A stretch of 60,715 bases of DNA. Origin: an uncultured Gammaproteobacteria bacterium. Its GTDB lineage: Bacteria > Patescibacteriota > Patescibacteriia > 2-01-FULL-39-33. The notes under the pieces were generated by a model, which ran no database searches, had not been told where the DNA came from, and saw only the letters and a program-made list of their open reading frames with translations. The position numbers and the translations under genes were made by a program. Below, in pieces: positions 25,906-33,530 of the stretch. The DNA lies in contig CAYIBK010000002.1 of assembly GCA_964361645.1 (NCBI GenBank), positions 1 to 60,715 of the forward strand, in the 5' to 3' direction. Position 1 is the stretch's first letter, and each line of letters opens with the position of its first letter.

Positions 25906-25986
25906 GCGGGCGTAGCTTAGTTGTAAAGCACTTAGTAGCTGACTTGTCAGTTACTAGGGTCGTTGTTTCAAACACAACCGCTCGCT
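25906..25986 (+). tRNA. tRNA-like gene with an extended 13-bp anticodon hairpin; identity undetermined
   Basis: The acceptor (GCGGGCG/CGCTCGC), D-arm (GCTT/AAGC) and T-arm (GTTGT-TTCAAAC-ACAAC) are tRNA-like. The anticodon region CTTAGTAGCTGAC-TT-GTCAGTTACTAGG is 9 nt too long and offers no 7-nt loop. CCA is not encoded, unlike its four neighbours. Confidence 0.5.
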
Positions 25987-26002
25987 CTAAATCTTTTACA
26001 GT

Positions 26003-26078
26003 ATCCGCGTAGCTCAGTGGATAGAGCTGCAGCCTTCTAAGCTGTAGGTCGCGAGTTCAAATCTCGCCACGGATACCA
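26003..26078 (+). tRNA. tRNA-Arg (TCT)
   Basis: ATCCGCGTAGCTCAGTGGATAGAGCTGCAGCCTTCTAAGCTGTAGGTCGCGAGTTCAAATCTCGCCACGGATACCA. There is one C:A mismatch in the acceptor stem. Confidence 0.85.
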
Positions 26079-26102
26079 TTTTCAATTCCATCCCCGTGAT
26101 TT

Positions 26103-26669
26103 TTAATTGTATTTGTTCATTGCGCTTTCGGGCGAAACACCGACCACTTCTTCAACTGCTGAAGTGGTTTTTTTTATTATCTCTTTTATTTTTGATGATT
26201 GAAGCAAACCAATTTTTGTTAGAACATAATCAGCACTGCCGATTTTTTCTTTTTTAGGAGTTGATATGCCGATTCTTATTCTGATAAAATCTTGAGTTTT
26301 TAAATGTTGGATGATGGATTTAACTCCATTATGTCCGCCAGCCGAAGAATCTCCAACTATTTTTATTCGGCCAAATGGCAAATCAATATCATCATGAATT
26401 ATAATAATATCAGTTGGTTTAATTTTGTAATATTTTGTTAGAGCGCCAATTGCCAGGCCTGAATTGTTCATAAAAGTTTGCGGTTTGGCTAAAATAGCTT
26501 TTTGTTTTTTTATTTCTCCTGTAGCAATTTCGGCCTGGAATTTTTTTTCTTTTTTAAAATTTTCAAATTTAAAAGCATTAGCTATATTATCTAAAGCTAA
26601 AAATCCGATATTGTGCCAAGTTTTTAAATACTCTTTGCCTGGATTACCCAAGCCAACTATAAGTTTCAT
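26103..26669 (-). CDS. pth: peptidyl-tRNA hydrolase
   Basis: MKLIVGLGNPGKEYLKTWHNIGF...GGHNGVKSI. Confidence 0.95.
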   Translation of the reverse strand: MKLIVGLGNPGKEYLKTWHNIGFLALDNIANAFKFENFKKEKKFQAEIATGEIKKQKAILAKPQTFMNNSGLAIGALTKYYKIKPTDIIIIHDDIDLPFGRIKIVGDSSAGGHNGVKSIIQHLKTQDFIRIRIGISTPKKEKIGSADYVLTKIGLLQSSKIKEIIKKTTSAVEEVVGVSPESAMNKYN

Positions 26670-28111
26670 AATTTTTTATTTCTTTTTTGGGACAAGCCTA
26701 TGGATCTTCTTTTAGCGATGTTGTCTTCTTTACCATATTTTTTATTTTCTTTTGATTCAATTAAGACATTCCATTTTTTAGTTTCCATATGTAGTGGCGT
26801 ACCCAAAATCTTGAATTTTTCTCTGATATTATTTTGCAAAAATCTTAGATAAGAAAAATGCAATATGGCCGGATCATTAACATAGATTAAAAATCGAGGT
26901 GGATTAGTGCCTATCTGCTCTATCTTATAGATATAAGGATTTTTCAAGCCCCGGCCTCTGGAGGGACGATGACGGCTGATTTGATATTTTAAGAACTTAT
27001 CCAATTGGCTGTTGGAAATTTGTATTTGTTTTGATTTTTGGATATCAATTATCATATCCAATATTTTTCTGGTTCGGATCTCATCTTTGGCGGAGACGAA
27101 AATAATAGGAGCCCACCATAAATAAGGAAATTGATTGTAGTAATAATCAACATATTGGTTGATGGTGTTGGTGTCTTTTTCTGGTATCAGATCCCATTTA
27201 TTGGCCACAATAATAATTGATTTTCCGCTTTCTAATATTTCTTGGGTTACTTTTTTATCCAATGAATCTATTTTTTTCTGGGCTTCGGTTACAAAAACCA
27301 CCACATCAGCAGAATTGATAGTATCAAAAGATTTATCAATTGATTTTCTTTCTAGTGTTTTATGGCCAACTTTGCTTCTTCTAACAATGCCAGCGGTATC
27401 AATTAGCCTAAAATCATTTTCTTTATAAGAAAATTCTATGTCGTGAGATTCTCTAGTGGTGTGGGCGATATCAGTGACAATCACTCTTTCTTCACCCAAG
27501 ATAGAATTTAAAATGGATGATTTGCCCACATTAGGTTTACCCACAAGAGCCACTTTAATTTCTTTATTTTTTCTCTCATGGCTTGTTTTTTTTCTTTTTG
27601 GCAGACGGCCGATTAATAAATCAAGCAAATCGCCGCAACCAGATCCGTTAGCGGCAGAAATCATATTGGGATCGCCCAAATTAAGAGAGTATAAATCTCC
27701 AGCCATCTGGTGATATTTAAGTGAGTCAGCTTTATTGCCCACTAAAACCACTTTATTCTTTTTGCCATTTTTAATTATCTCTCTGGCTAATTCCCTGTCC
27801 ATGGGCATTACTCCGGCTTTTATATCAATCAAAAATAATATCAAATCAGCACCTTCAATGGCCTTGTAGGCTTGTTTGACGATATTGGTTTCAATTTTGC
27901 CCGCTTGGTTTTTTTCTATATCCAAGCCACCGGTGTCTATTAGGATAAAATCTTTTCCTTGCCAGGAAACTTTATCGATATTTCGATCGCGGGTGGTGCC
28001 AGATATTGGAGAAACAATCGCTTTGTTTTTTTCTACGAAGCGATTAAAGAGAGTTGATTTGCCAACATTGGCCCGGCCTACGATAGCAATTTGTGGTAAT
28101 GATGTTTTCAT
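26666..28111 (-). CDS. der: ribosome-biogenesis GTPase Der (EngA), tandem G domains plus KH-like domain
   Basis: Two P-loops (GRANVGKST, GKPNVGKSS), DTGG/DTAG and NKAD/NKWD motifs. There is a 4-nt overlap with pth. Confidence 0.95.
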   Translation of the reverse strand: MKTSLPQIAIVGRANVGKSTLFNRFVEKNKAIVSPISGTTRDRNIDKVSWQGKDFILIDTGGLDIEKNQAGKIETNIVKQAYKAIEGADLILFLIDIKAGVMPMDRELAREIIKNGKKNKVVLVGNKADSLKYHQMAGDLYSLNLGDPNMISAANGSGCGDLLDLLIGRLPKRKKTSHERKNKEIKVALVGKPNVGKSSILNSILGEERVIVTDIAHTTRESHDIEFSYKENDFRLIDTAGIVRRSKVGHKTLERKSIDKSFDTINSADVVVFVTEAQKKIDSLDKKVTQEILESGKSIIIVANKWDLIPEKDTNTINQYVDYYYNQFPYLWWAPIIFVSAKDEIRTRKILDMIIDIQKSKQIQISNSQLDKFLKYQISRHRPSRGRGLKNPYIYKIEQIGTNPPRFLIYVNDPAILHFSYLRFLQNNIREKFKILGTPLHMETKKWNVLIESKENKKYGKEDNIAKRRSIGLSQKRNKKL

Positions 28112-28263
28112 AATAATTATAGTATCGCAAATAATTCATCTTGGCAATCTAAAACTACTATTTTTATGGTATTACTTGGCAAATAAGTTATTGCCATTTT
28201 TAAGTGAAGGTGTTAAAGTTATAAATGAATGGAAATAAACAAATAAAAAATCACCAATAATAA

Positions 28264-29619
28264 TTGTTTATGAATACAAAAAAACAAACAACCAGGCCCA
28301 CAGAATTAATGGGTTATCACGGTATATCCGCAGAACAATCGGCACCGGAAGACCAAGAATTAGTTCTAGATCATATGTTGGAGCAGATTTTAAATAGCAA
28401 AGCGGCTATTAAAGTTAATGAAGGCAATAAAGGTATTATTTTAGAATTAGATACTACTAATTTGCCCAATGAAGCGAATGATTATTTTTTGGTTGATTTA
28501 GCAGACGATGGCGAAGAAGATGAAACAATAGCAGTTAAACTTCTTAAAATATATGCTGGCACTGAAGGCAGGGATGAATATGATTTGCAGAAAAAAGCTA
28601 GGCGAGTTCTTAAGGCAGAAAAAATAAAAGGTGTCAGGGTGCCCAAGCCGAGAAATTTTCGCGAATTAACGATTCAAAACGATGAAGTGATCAAACATTT
28701 AGAATCAATGGGCATTAAAATAGGTTTAGATGGCATAGTGGAAATAATTTCCATGGATTTTGTTCCTGGTCGGGATTTAGCCACGATTATGTATGAAGCC
28801 TATGTTAGGAATCATAAGGCTGATTTTCAAAAAGCCTACCCTGATTTAGAATTGGAAGATTATTTAAAACAAATTAATATTAATGATTTGATTAATTTAG
28901 TGCATCGTTTGGCGGGCGTTAAAAATAAATATAGTAATTTTGATGATTCACCAGAAGCCGCCCAAGAAAGAAATGAAATTGACAAAATTATCAGTCAAAA
29001 TGTTATTCATCAAGGTTTAATCACCAAAGATCAGGCTCAAGCGCTACTCTCAGCTGTTAACGCTTTGCATAAGCACGGAATTTATCATCGTGATCTTCAT
29101 CCGCGCAATATTATGATTACCGATGATGGCGAGATGGAAATTATTGATTTTGGTTCTGCTACGGAAATTAATCCTAATGATAAATTAGACCTAAAATCAG
29201 TTTATCGATTTAAAGGTGAACCAGATAGGCATTATCATCATGATGATGAAATTGTTACTTTAGCTGGCAAACTAGCTATAACCGAAACCGATATCGAGCA
29301 AAAATCCATGAAAGATATAGTAGATCTTATAAGTAGATTATCAGCCAATAAACCAAAAATTTGGGCTGATTTTATATCTGTTATCCCAGAAGGTGATGAT
29401 CTCAATAAGCTCATTGATGTTTATGCACCGTTATTTGGTAGTGATCTTGATCGCAATGTTAAAATTGCTCTGCTACTGGAAATATCCAACCACGGCCGGC
29501 AGGAAGAAGTTAGAAAATATTTAAGAGGTCTAATTGAAGCAGAAAGCACTAAGCGTAAACATTCTCGTTCTGATTTTTGGATCCAACGGTATAAATCTCT
29601 TCTAGATTTTTTATCTTAA
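28264..29619 (+). CDS. eukaryotic-like protein kinase-fold protein
   Basis: Catalytic loop YHRDLHPRNIMI, IIDFGSA (DFG) and an upstream IAVKLLK lysine motif. The start may be ATG 28270 instead of TTG 28264. Confidence 0.75.
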   Translation: MFMNTKKQTTRPTELMGYHGISAEQSAPEDQELVLDHMLEQILNSKAAIKVNEGNKGIILELDTTNLPNEANDYFLVDLADDGEEDETIAVKLLKIYAGTEGRDEYDLQKKARRVLKAEKIKGVRVPKPRNFRELTIQNDEVIKHLESMGIKIGLDGIVEIISMDFVPGRDLATIMYEAYVRNHKADFQKAYPDLELEDYLKQININDLINLVHRLAGVKNKYSNFDDSPEAAQERNEIDKIISQNVIHQGLITKDQAQALLSAVNALHKHGIYHRDLHPRNIMITDDGEMEIIDFGSATEINPNDKLDLKSVYRFKGEPDRHYHHDDEIVTLAGKLAITETDIEQKSMKDIVDLISRLSANKPKIWADFISVIPEGDDLNKLIDVYAPLFGSDLDRNVKIALLLEISNHGRQEEVRKYLRGLIEAESTKRKHSRSDFWIQRYKSLLDFLS

Positions 29620-29714
29620 ATACTATTGACAGATTATTATAATAATGCTATTTTCTAATTTGTAGCACTTTGAAACAAATAATAGTAGATGACAAAGAAT
29701 AGGGAGCGGCAAGC

Positions 29715-30758
29715 TTGGAACCAAAGTTGGAAGAGGCAATTATCGAACTCACCAGATCGTGCAATCTAAGGTGTCTGCACTGCGGTTCTGATTGCGGTGA
29801 TGGGCAAGAAGAAAGAACAGAATTGGATTATCTGGAGTGGATTAAAATCATCCAAGATTTAAAAGATTTTGGTCTTAATAAAATTGTTTTCTCTGGCGGT
29901 GAACCCACCATCCGCCATGGCTTCGTCCAGCTGATGGAATATTGCCATAAGATTGGTTTTAAGTTTGGCTTTATTTCCAATGGTTTTTTATTCACACCAA
30001 GCCTAATTGAAGCCCTAGAAAAATACAAACCCTTTGCTGCTGGCATCAGTCTAGACGGGTTGCACAAAACCCACAACCAAATTAGGCAAAGTGAAGTTAG
30101 TTGGTCTAACGCTTTAGGCTCAATTGGCGAACTGCAAAGATTGCAGATCCCGGTTTGTATTTCCACCACCATCAATCGCTTAAATCACAGCGAGTTGCTG
30201 AACTTGGCTCATTTTTTGAATTTCTTAGAAATAAGCATGTGGCAGGTGCAACTTTCAATGCCCAGCGGTCGCATGAGAGATCATTCTGATTTATTGATCG
30301 ACGAAGCAATTTTTAAATCAGTCTGTTTGGATCTAATTAAAATCAGAAAGCTTTATCCCGCGATTCGAGCTCAAGGAGCTGATTGTTTTTGTTTGGCTTC
30401 GGCCGGTTTAATTAGAGAAGGTGGTTGGCCCGGATGTGGCGCTGGCGTTTCTTCCATTGGTATTGATACCTATGGCAATGTTATGCCTTGTCTTTCTATG
30501 AGGGATTATCCCACTTGCGGTAATTTACTAGAAAAATCCATGGCTGAAATCTGGCATTCCAAGGCCTTTGATTTTAATCGTCAGTTCCAATCAACAGATT
30601 TGGGCGAAAATTGCTCTAACTGTTCTTATGGTGTAGAATGCCGAGGAGGTTGTAATAGCCAGTCGCTGGCTTACTCTGGCAATTTGCACAATTCACCTTT
30701 CTGTTTTTATCGCAGTTTTTCTACCAATCCACAACCAAGAGGAGATGGTGTCCTATGA
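29715..30758 (+). CDS. radical SAM enzyme with C-terminal SPASM domain (peptide-modifying type)
   Basis: CNLRCLHC (CxxxCxxC) lies near the N-terminus. The SPASM cysteines are CGAGVSSIGIDTYGNVMPC (C-x12-G-x4-C) and CSNCSYGVECRGGC (C-x2-C-x5-C-x3-C). Start is TTG, preceded by AGGGAG. Confidence 0.88.
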   Translation: MEPKLEEAIIELTRSCNLRCLHCGSDCGDGQEERTELDYLEWIKIIQDLKDFGLNKIVFSGGEPTIRHGFVQLMEYCHKIGFKFGFISNGFLFTPSLIEALEKYKPFAAGISLDGLHKTHNQIRQSEVSWSNALGSIGELQRLQIPVCISTTINRLNHSELLNLAHFLNFLEISMWQVQLSMPSGRMRDHSDLLIDEAIFKSVCLDLIKIRKLYPAIRAQGADCFCLASAGLIREGGWPGCGAGVSSIGIDTYGNVMPCLSMRDYPTCGNLLEKSMAEIWHSKAFDFNRQFQSTDLGENCSNCSYGVECRGGCNSQSLAYSGNLHNSPFCFYRSFSTNPQPRGDGVL

Positions 30759-31279
30759 GCAACGTGCTATCCATTGTTCGAGGTGATATGGTTCGCCACA
30801 AAGTGAATGTGCTTTTACCAGGCGAACTAGAAGTTAAAATGCTCTATCTTCTAATGATTTCAGCTGAAACCAACACAGTTGAGGATTTTCAAAAAACTTT
30901 TAGTGGACAAATTACTCACTTACATCTAAGGTTAGCCAAAAAGATTTGGGGCGATAAGAAAAAGCAGAATACTTACGGCGTCTTTTTTGATGATGAGATG
31001 AAAATGGTTTTTGCTTTCAATCGTCTTTTTGCGGATTTTCAAAAAAAGGGTTTATCAACTTCTGGTGACGGTCTGGTTGTTTATCGTGATTTGGATGAGT
31101 TGATTGAAAAGGCTATAGGTGACATCAATAAGCCACAAGTTTGCTCTGATTTCGAGCAAGAACCCGGTATTGGCCCAGTTCCGCATTTTCCGCCATATCA
31201 TCATAATCCATTTCATGGTGGCCACGACATATTAGTTCGTTATTCTATCCCCGATCCCAGTGGGGACAAACCAGAATAA
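30755..31279 (+). CDS. hypothetical protein translationally coupled to the rSAM gene; His/Pro-rich C-terminal tail
   Basis: ATGA start/stop overlap with 29715-30758. The tail is GIGPVPHFPPYHHNPFHGGHD. No family recognised. Confidence 0.6.
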   Translation: MSNVLSIVRGDMVRHKVNVLLPGELEVKMLYLLMISAETNTVEDFQKTFSGQITHLHLRLAKKIWGDKKKQNTYGVFFDDEMKMVFAFNRLFADFQKKGLSTSGDGLVVYRDLDELIEKAIGDINKPQVCSDFEQEPGIGPVPHFPPYHHNPFHGGHDILVRYSIPDPSGDKPE

Positions 31280-31290
31280 TATCCAATCAC

Positions 31291-31319
31291 AAGCGAGAGC
31301 AATCTCGCTTATTTTTTTT
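31291..31319 (+). terminator. rho-independent terminator after 30755-31279
   Basis: aagcgaga-gcaa-tctcgctt followed by a T8 run. Confidence 0.7.
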
Positions 31320-31346
31320 GACAGAGTATATTTATTGTGTTATCTA
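31318..31346 (+). promoter_or_regulatory. sigma70-like promoter for the Cys-rich mini-protein genes
   Basis: TTGACA, 17-nt spacer, TATCTA. It lies inside the N-terminal extension of track ORF 31318-31596. Confidence 0.5.
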
Positions 31347-31404
31347 TTTAGTTAAGTACTTTTTAAAACATCAACCAAAATATTACCATAAAAGGGGATT
31401 AAAG

Positions 31405-31596
31405 ATGTTCTATTGTCGCGAGTCCAATTGTCCGGGTCATAAAATAATCGGCCAGGCCTGCACGCCCCGTCTTAGGTTTTGCGGTAAAATAAATTGCCCC
31501 GGACATTATGATTATAGAAACTGTTTGACCGTGCCTTATTTTTGCGGTTCAATTGGATGCCTAGGCCATCAAAATATCCAAGATCATTGCTCTTAA
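31405..31596 (+). CDS. 63-aa Cys/His-rich mini-protein with three tandem C-x4-C-x2-H-x5-6-C units
   Basis: MFYCRESNCPGHKIIGQACTPRLRFCGKINCPGHYDYRNCLTVPYFCGSIGCLGHQNIQDHCS. AAGGGG lies 8-9 nt upstream of the internal ATG at 31405. Confidence 0.6.
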   Translation: MFYCRESNCPGHKIIGQACTPRLRFCGKINCPGHYDYRNCLTVPYFCGSIGCLGHQNIQDHCS

Positions 31597-31640
31597 TTAT
31601 TCAAATTAGAAAGATCAGTAATCAACCAAGGAGACTTTCC

Positions 31641-31817
31641 ATGGCTTGTAGAGAATGCAATTTGGCTTCCGGTTTTCCAGAAAAATATAGGAGTTGGATT
31701 TTGTGTTGCCGGTGTAGAGGCATAGGCGAAGTAATTAAAGTAAAAAATGACCAAGAAATTGCTGTTAAGTGCCAGCATTGTAAGGGCACGGGAGTTTGCG
31801 CTAAAAAAATAAATTAA
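31641..31817 (+). CDS. 58-aa zinc-finger mini-protein with two DnaJ-type CxxCxGxG motifs
   Basis: MACRECNLASGFPEKYRSWILCCRCRGIGEVIKVKNDQEIAVKCQHCKGTGVCAKKIN. AAGGAG lies 7 nt upstream of ATG 31641. Confidence 0.6.
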   Translation: MACRECNLASGFPEKYRSWILCCRCRGIGEVIKVKNDQEIAVKCQHCKGTGVCAKKIN

Positions 31818-31838
31818 TTTTTATTTCTCAATGATTAA

Positions 31839-31867
31839 CCCCAGACTAAATTGTTTGGGGATTTTTA
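31839..31867 (+). terminator. rho-independent terminator after the mini-protein pair
   Basis: ccccagac-taaatt-gtttgggg followed by attttt. Confidence 0.6.
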
Positions 31868-32086
31868 TTTGCCTAAAGTAGTGGTATAATTAAGTAAGTC
31901 AATCTTGCCAGGAGGCAGTATCTATCTTCAACTAGCTCACCATGGCGAAAAATTTATCCCAAATTTTTAATCCCGATGATTTTTATATTGTTAGGATTTT
32001 TTATTGTTCTTAAATCAGTTGGTCTCGCTTACAATAGATAAGTTATTTTGCTATAATTAAACTATTAAAAAAATAATCCCAAACCC

Positions 32087-32923
32087 ATGGATCCTCTAAA
32101 TGAAACACCTTTAGTATCTCCGCCCCAGCCGGATTATACCTATACCGGTCCAGAACAGATTGATTATAAGGATAGGCAAATTCATCACGAAAGAAAAAAA
32201 CGACATTGGCAGAGATGGGTTTTCTACGCCATTCTTTCGGTGGTCTTCTTGGGTATGACTGCTTATATTGTTTATGTCTATAATCAAAATACTAAATTAG
32301 TAAACGATATCACCTCGGCCAATCAAAGCTTAAGAATCACCACTCAAAATTTAAGTGATTCCGAAAAGCAATCTCTAGAAAGACAGAAAAAAGTTTCTGA
32401 TTTGGAAAAATCACTAGCCGATAATCAAACCATCTTAGATCAGAAGACAGCTGATTTACAATTAGCCACCGAGGCGCAAACAGAACTTATCAGCAAATAT
32501 CAAAATTTTAAAATTCAACTAGGTTCGGCTGATGCCAATATTTATTCTTTCTTGGTTAATTATAGCACCGGCGTAACAGTGCAAAATTTAGCTAAGATTC
32601 CTTTGGCCGATTATAATTTGGGCGGGGTAGACACCGATGACGATGGCTTGTCTAATACTATTGAATTAGCACTGGGCACCGATATCAATAAGAAGGATAC
32701 CGATGGTGATGGCTTTGATGATAAAGCAGAAATATTAACCGGCTATAACCCATTAGGCACTGGCAAATTACCCATTGATCCAACTTTTGTGGCTTTAAAT
32801 AAAGGTTTGATTTTAATACAAATAGAGCAAGACAAAGAAGCTTGGTATGTTAATCCCAAAGATGGCAAGCGTTACTTCTTGGGTAGTCCAGCTGATGTTT
32901 TACAAGCTATAGAAAAATTATAA
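32087..32923 (+). CDS. membrane-anchored coiled-coil protein with thrombospondin type-3-like Ca-binding repeats
   Basis: One TM helix, a Q/K/L-rich coiled segment, then DTDDDGLSNTIELALGTDINKKDTDGDGFDDKAEILTGYNPLG. Confidence 0.75.
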   Translation: MDPLNETPLVSPPQPDYTYTGPEQIDYKDRQIHHERKKRHWQRWVFYAILSVVFLGMTAYIVYVYNQNTKLVNDITSANQSLRITTQNLSDSEKQSLERQKKVSDLEKSLADNQTILDQKTADLQLATEAQTELISKYQNFKIQLGSADANIYSFLVNYSTGVTVQNLAKIPLADYNLGGVDTDDDGLSNTIELALGTDINKKDTDGDGFDDKAEILTGYNPLGTGKLPIDPTFVALNKGLILIQIEQDKEAWYVNPKDGKRYFLGSPADVLQAIEKL

Positions 32924-33008
32924 ATTTTATTGCCAAAACGGTTAAATAAAATAAAAAGTGATAACTAAGTTATCACTTTTTATGTGCATTAGTGTTATAA
33001 TATAAATC

Positions 33009-33296
33009 ATGTACTACCTCTATATCCTAAAATGCGCCGATAAGACGCTCTATGCCGGCATCACCACTAATATCAAAAGAAGACTGGCCGAACACAATTC
33101 CTCGGCCTTGGGTGCTAAATATACGCGTGTCAGGCGACCGATGAAATTGGTTTATAATAAAAAATTTAAAAATAGATCATTAGCTTTGCGGGCCGAAGCT
33201 AAAATTAAGAAATTATCACGTCTAGAAAAATTAGAACTGATATTAAATAAACGGTATTGTCATTGCGATGGAGTGGAGCGGAAGAAGCAATCTTAA
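33009..33296 (+). CDS. GIY-YIG nuclease family protein (UPF0213/YhbQ-like)
   Basis: MYYLYILKCADKTLYAGITTNIKRRLAEHN, the classical GIY-x-YIG and R..H motifs. The last ~12 codons are supplied by a family A repeat. Confidence 0.85.
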   Translation: MYYLYILKCADKTLYAGITTNIKRRLAEHNSSALGAKYTRVRRPMKLVYNKKFKNRSLALRAEAKIKKLSRLEKLELILNKRYCHCDGVERKKQS

Positions 33297-33460
33297 GTGA
33301 TATAAACATGGGATTACGGAGTCTGTCCTGAGTGGTGTAAACATGGGATTGCTTCGTCCCTCGCAATGACAGTAGAATGGGTCCCGCATCAAGTGCGGGA
33401 TGACAACGGGAGGTGGTCGGGATGACAAGGGAATGGGTGCTGGGATGACAGATGGGAGAT
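33259..33460. repeat. composite repeat field: family A units, a CCCGCATCAAGTGCGGG hairpin, and three GGGATGACA at 22-23-nt spacing
   Basis: Family A units at 33259-33297 and 33343-33372 (inverted). The hairpin at 33383-33399 is the reverse complement of the one at ~1546-1562. GGGATGACA occurs at 33397, 33419 and 33442. Confidence 0.8.
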
Positions 33461-33530
33461 GGTTTGGATTAAACCACCCCCCAACCCCTCCTTTGAAAGG
33501 AGGGGATGAGAAAAATAAATAATAAATCAT

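Noticed and set aside
31318-31404. Longer 92-aa version of the Cys-rich ORF (MTEYIYCVIYLVKYFLKHQ...), and the 31542 start of the second mini-ORF
   Set aside because: The extension overlaps the terminator T-run and the TTGACA-17-TATCTA promoter, and it lacks an RBS. The internal ATGs at 31405 and 31641 each have good SD sequences.
31933-32004. 23-aa ORF MAKNLSQIFNPDDFYIVRIFYCS downstream of a TGGTATAAT box
   Set aside because: The only SD-like AGGAGG lies ~20 nt upstream of the ATG (too far), and the ORF is very short with no distinguishing features. There is not enough support to call a gene.
33397-33450. Possible CRISPR array (periodic GGGATGACA)
   Set aside because: The repeats are only 9 nt long, there are three copies, and the spacers are 13-14 nt. 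No cas genes are present. This is not CRISPR-like.
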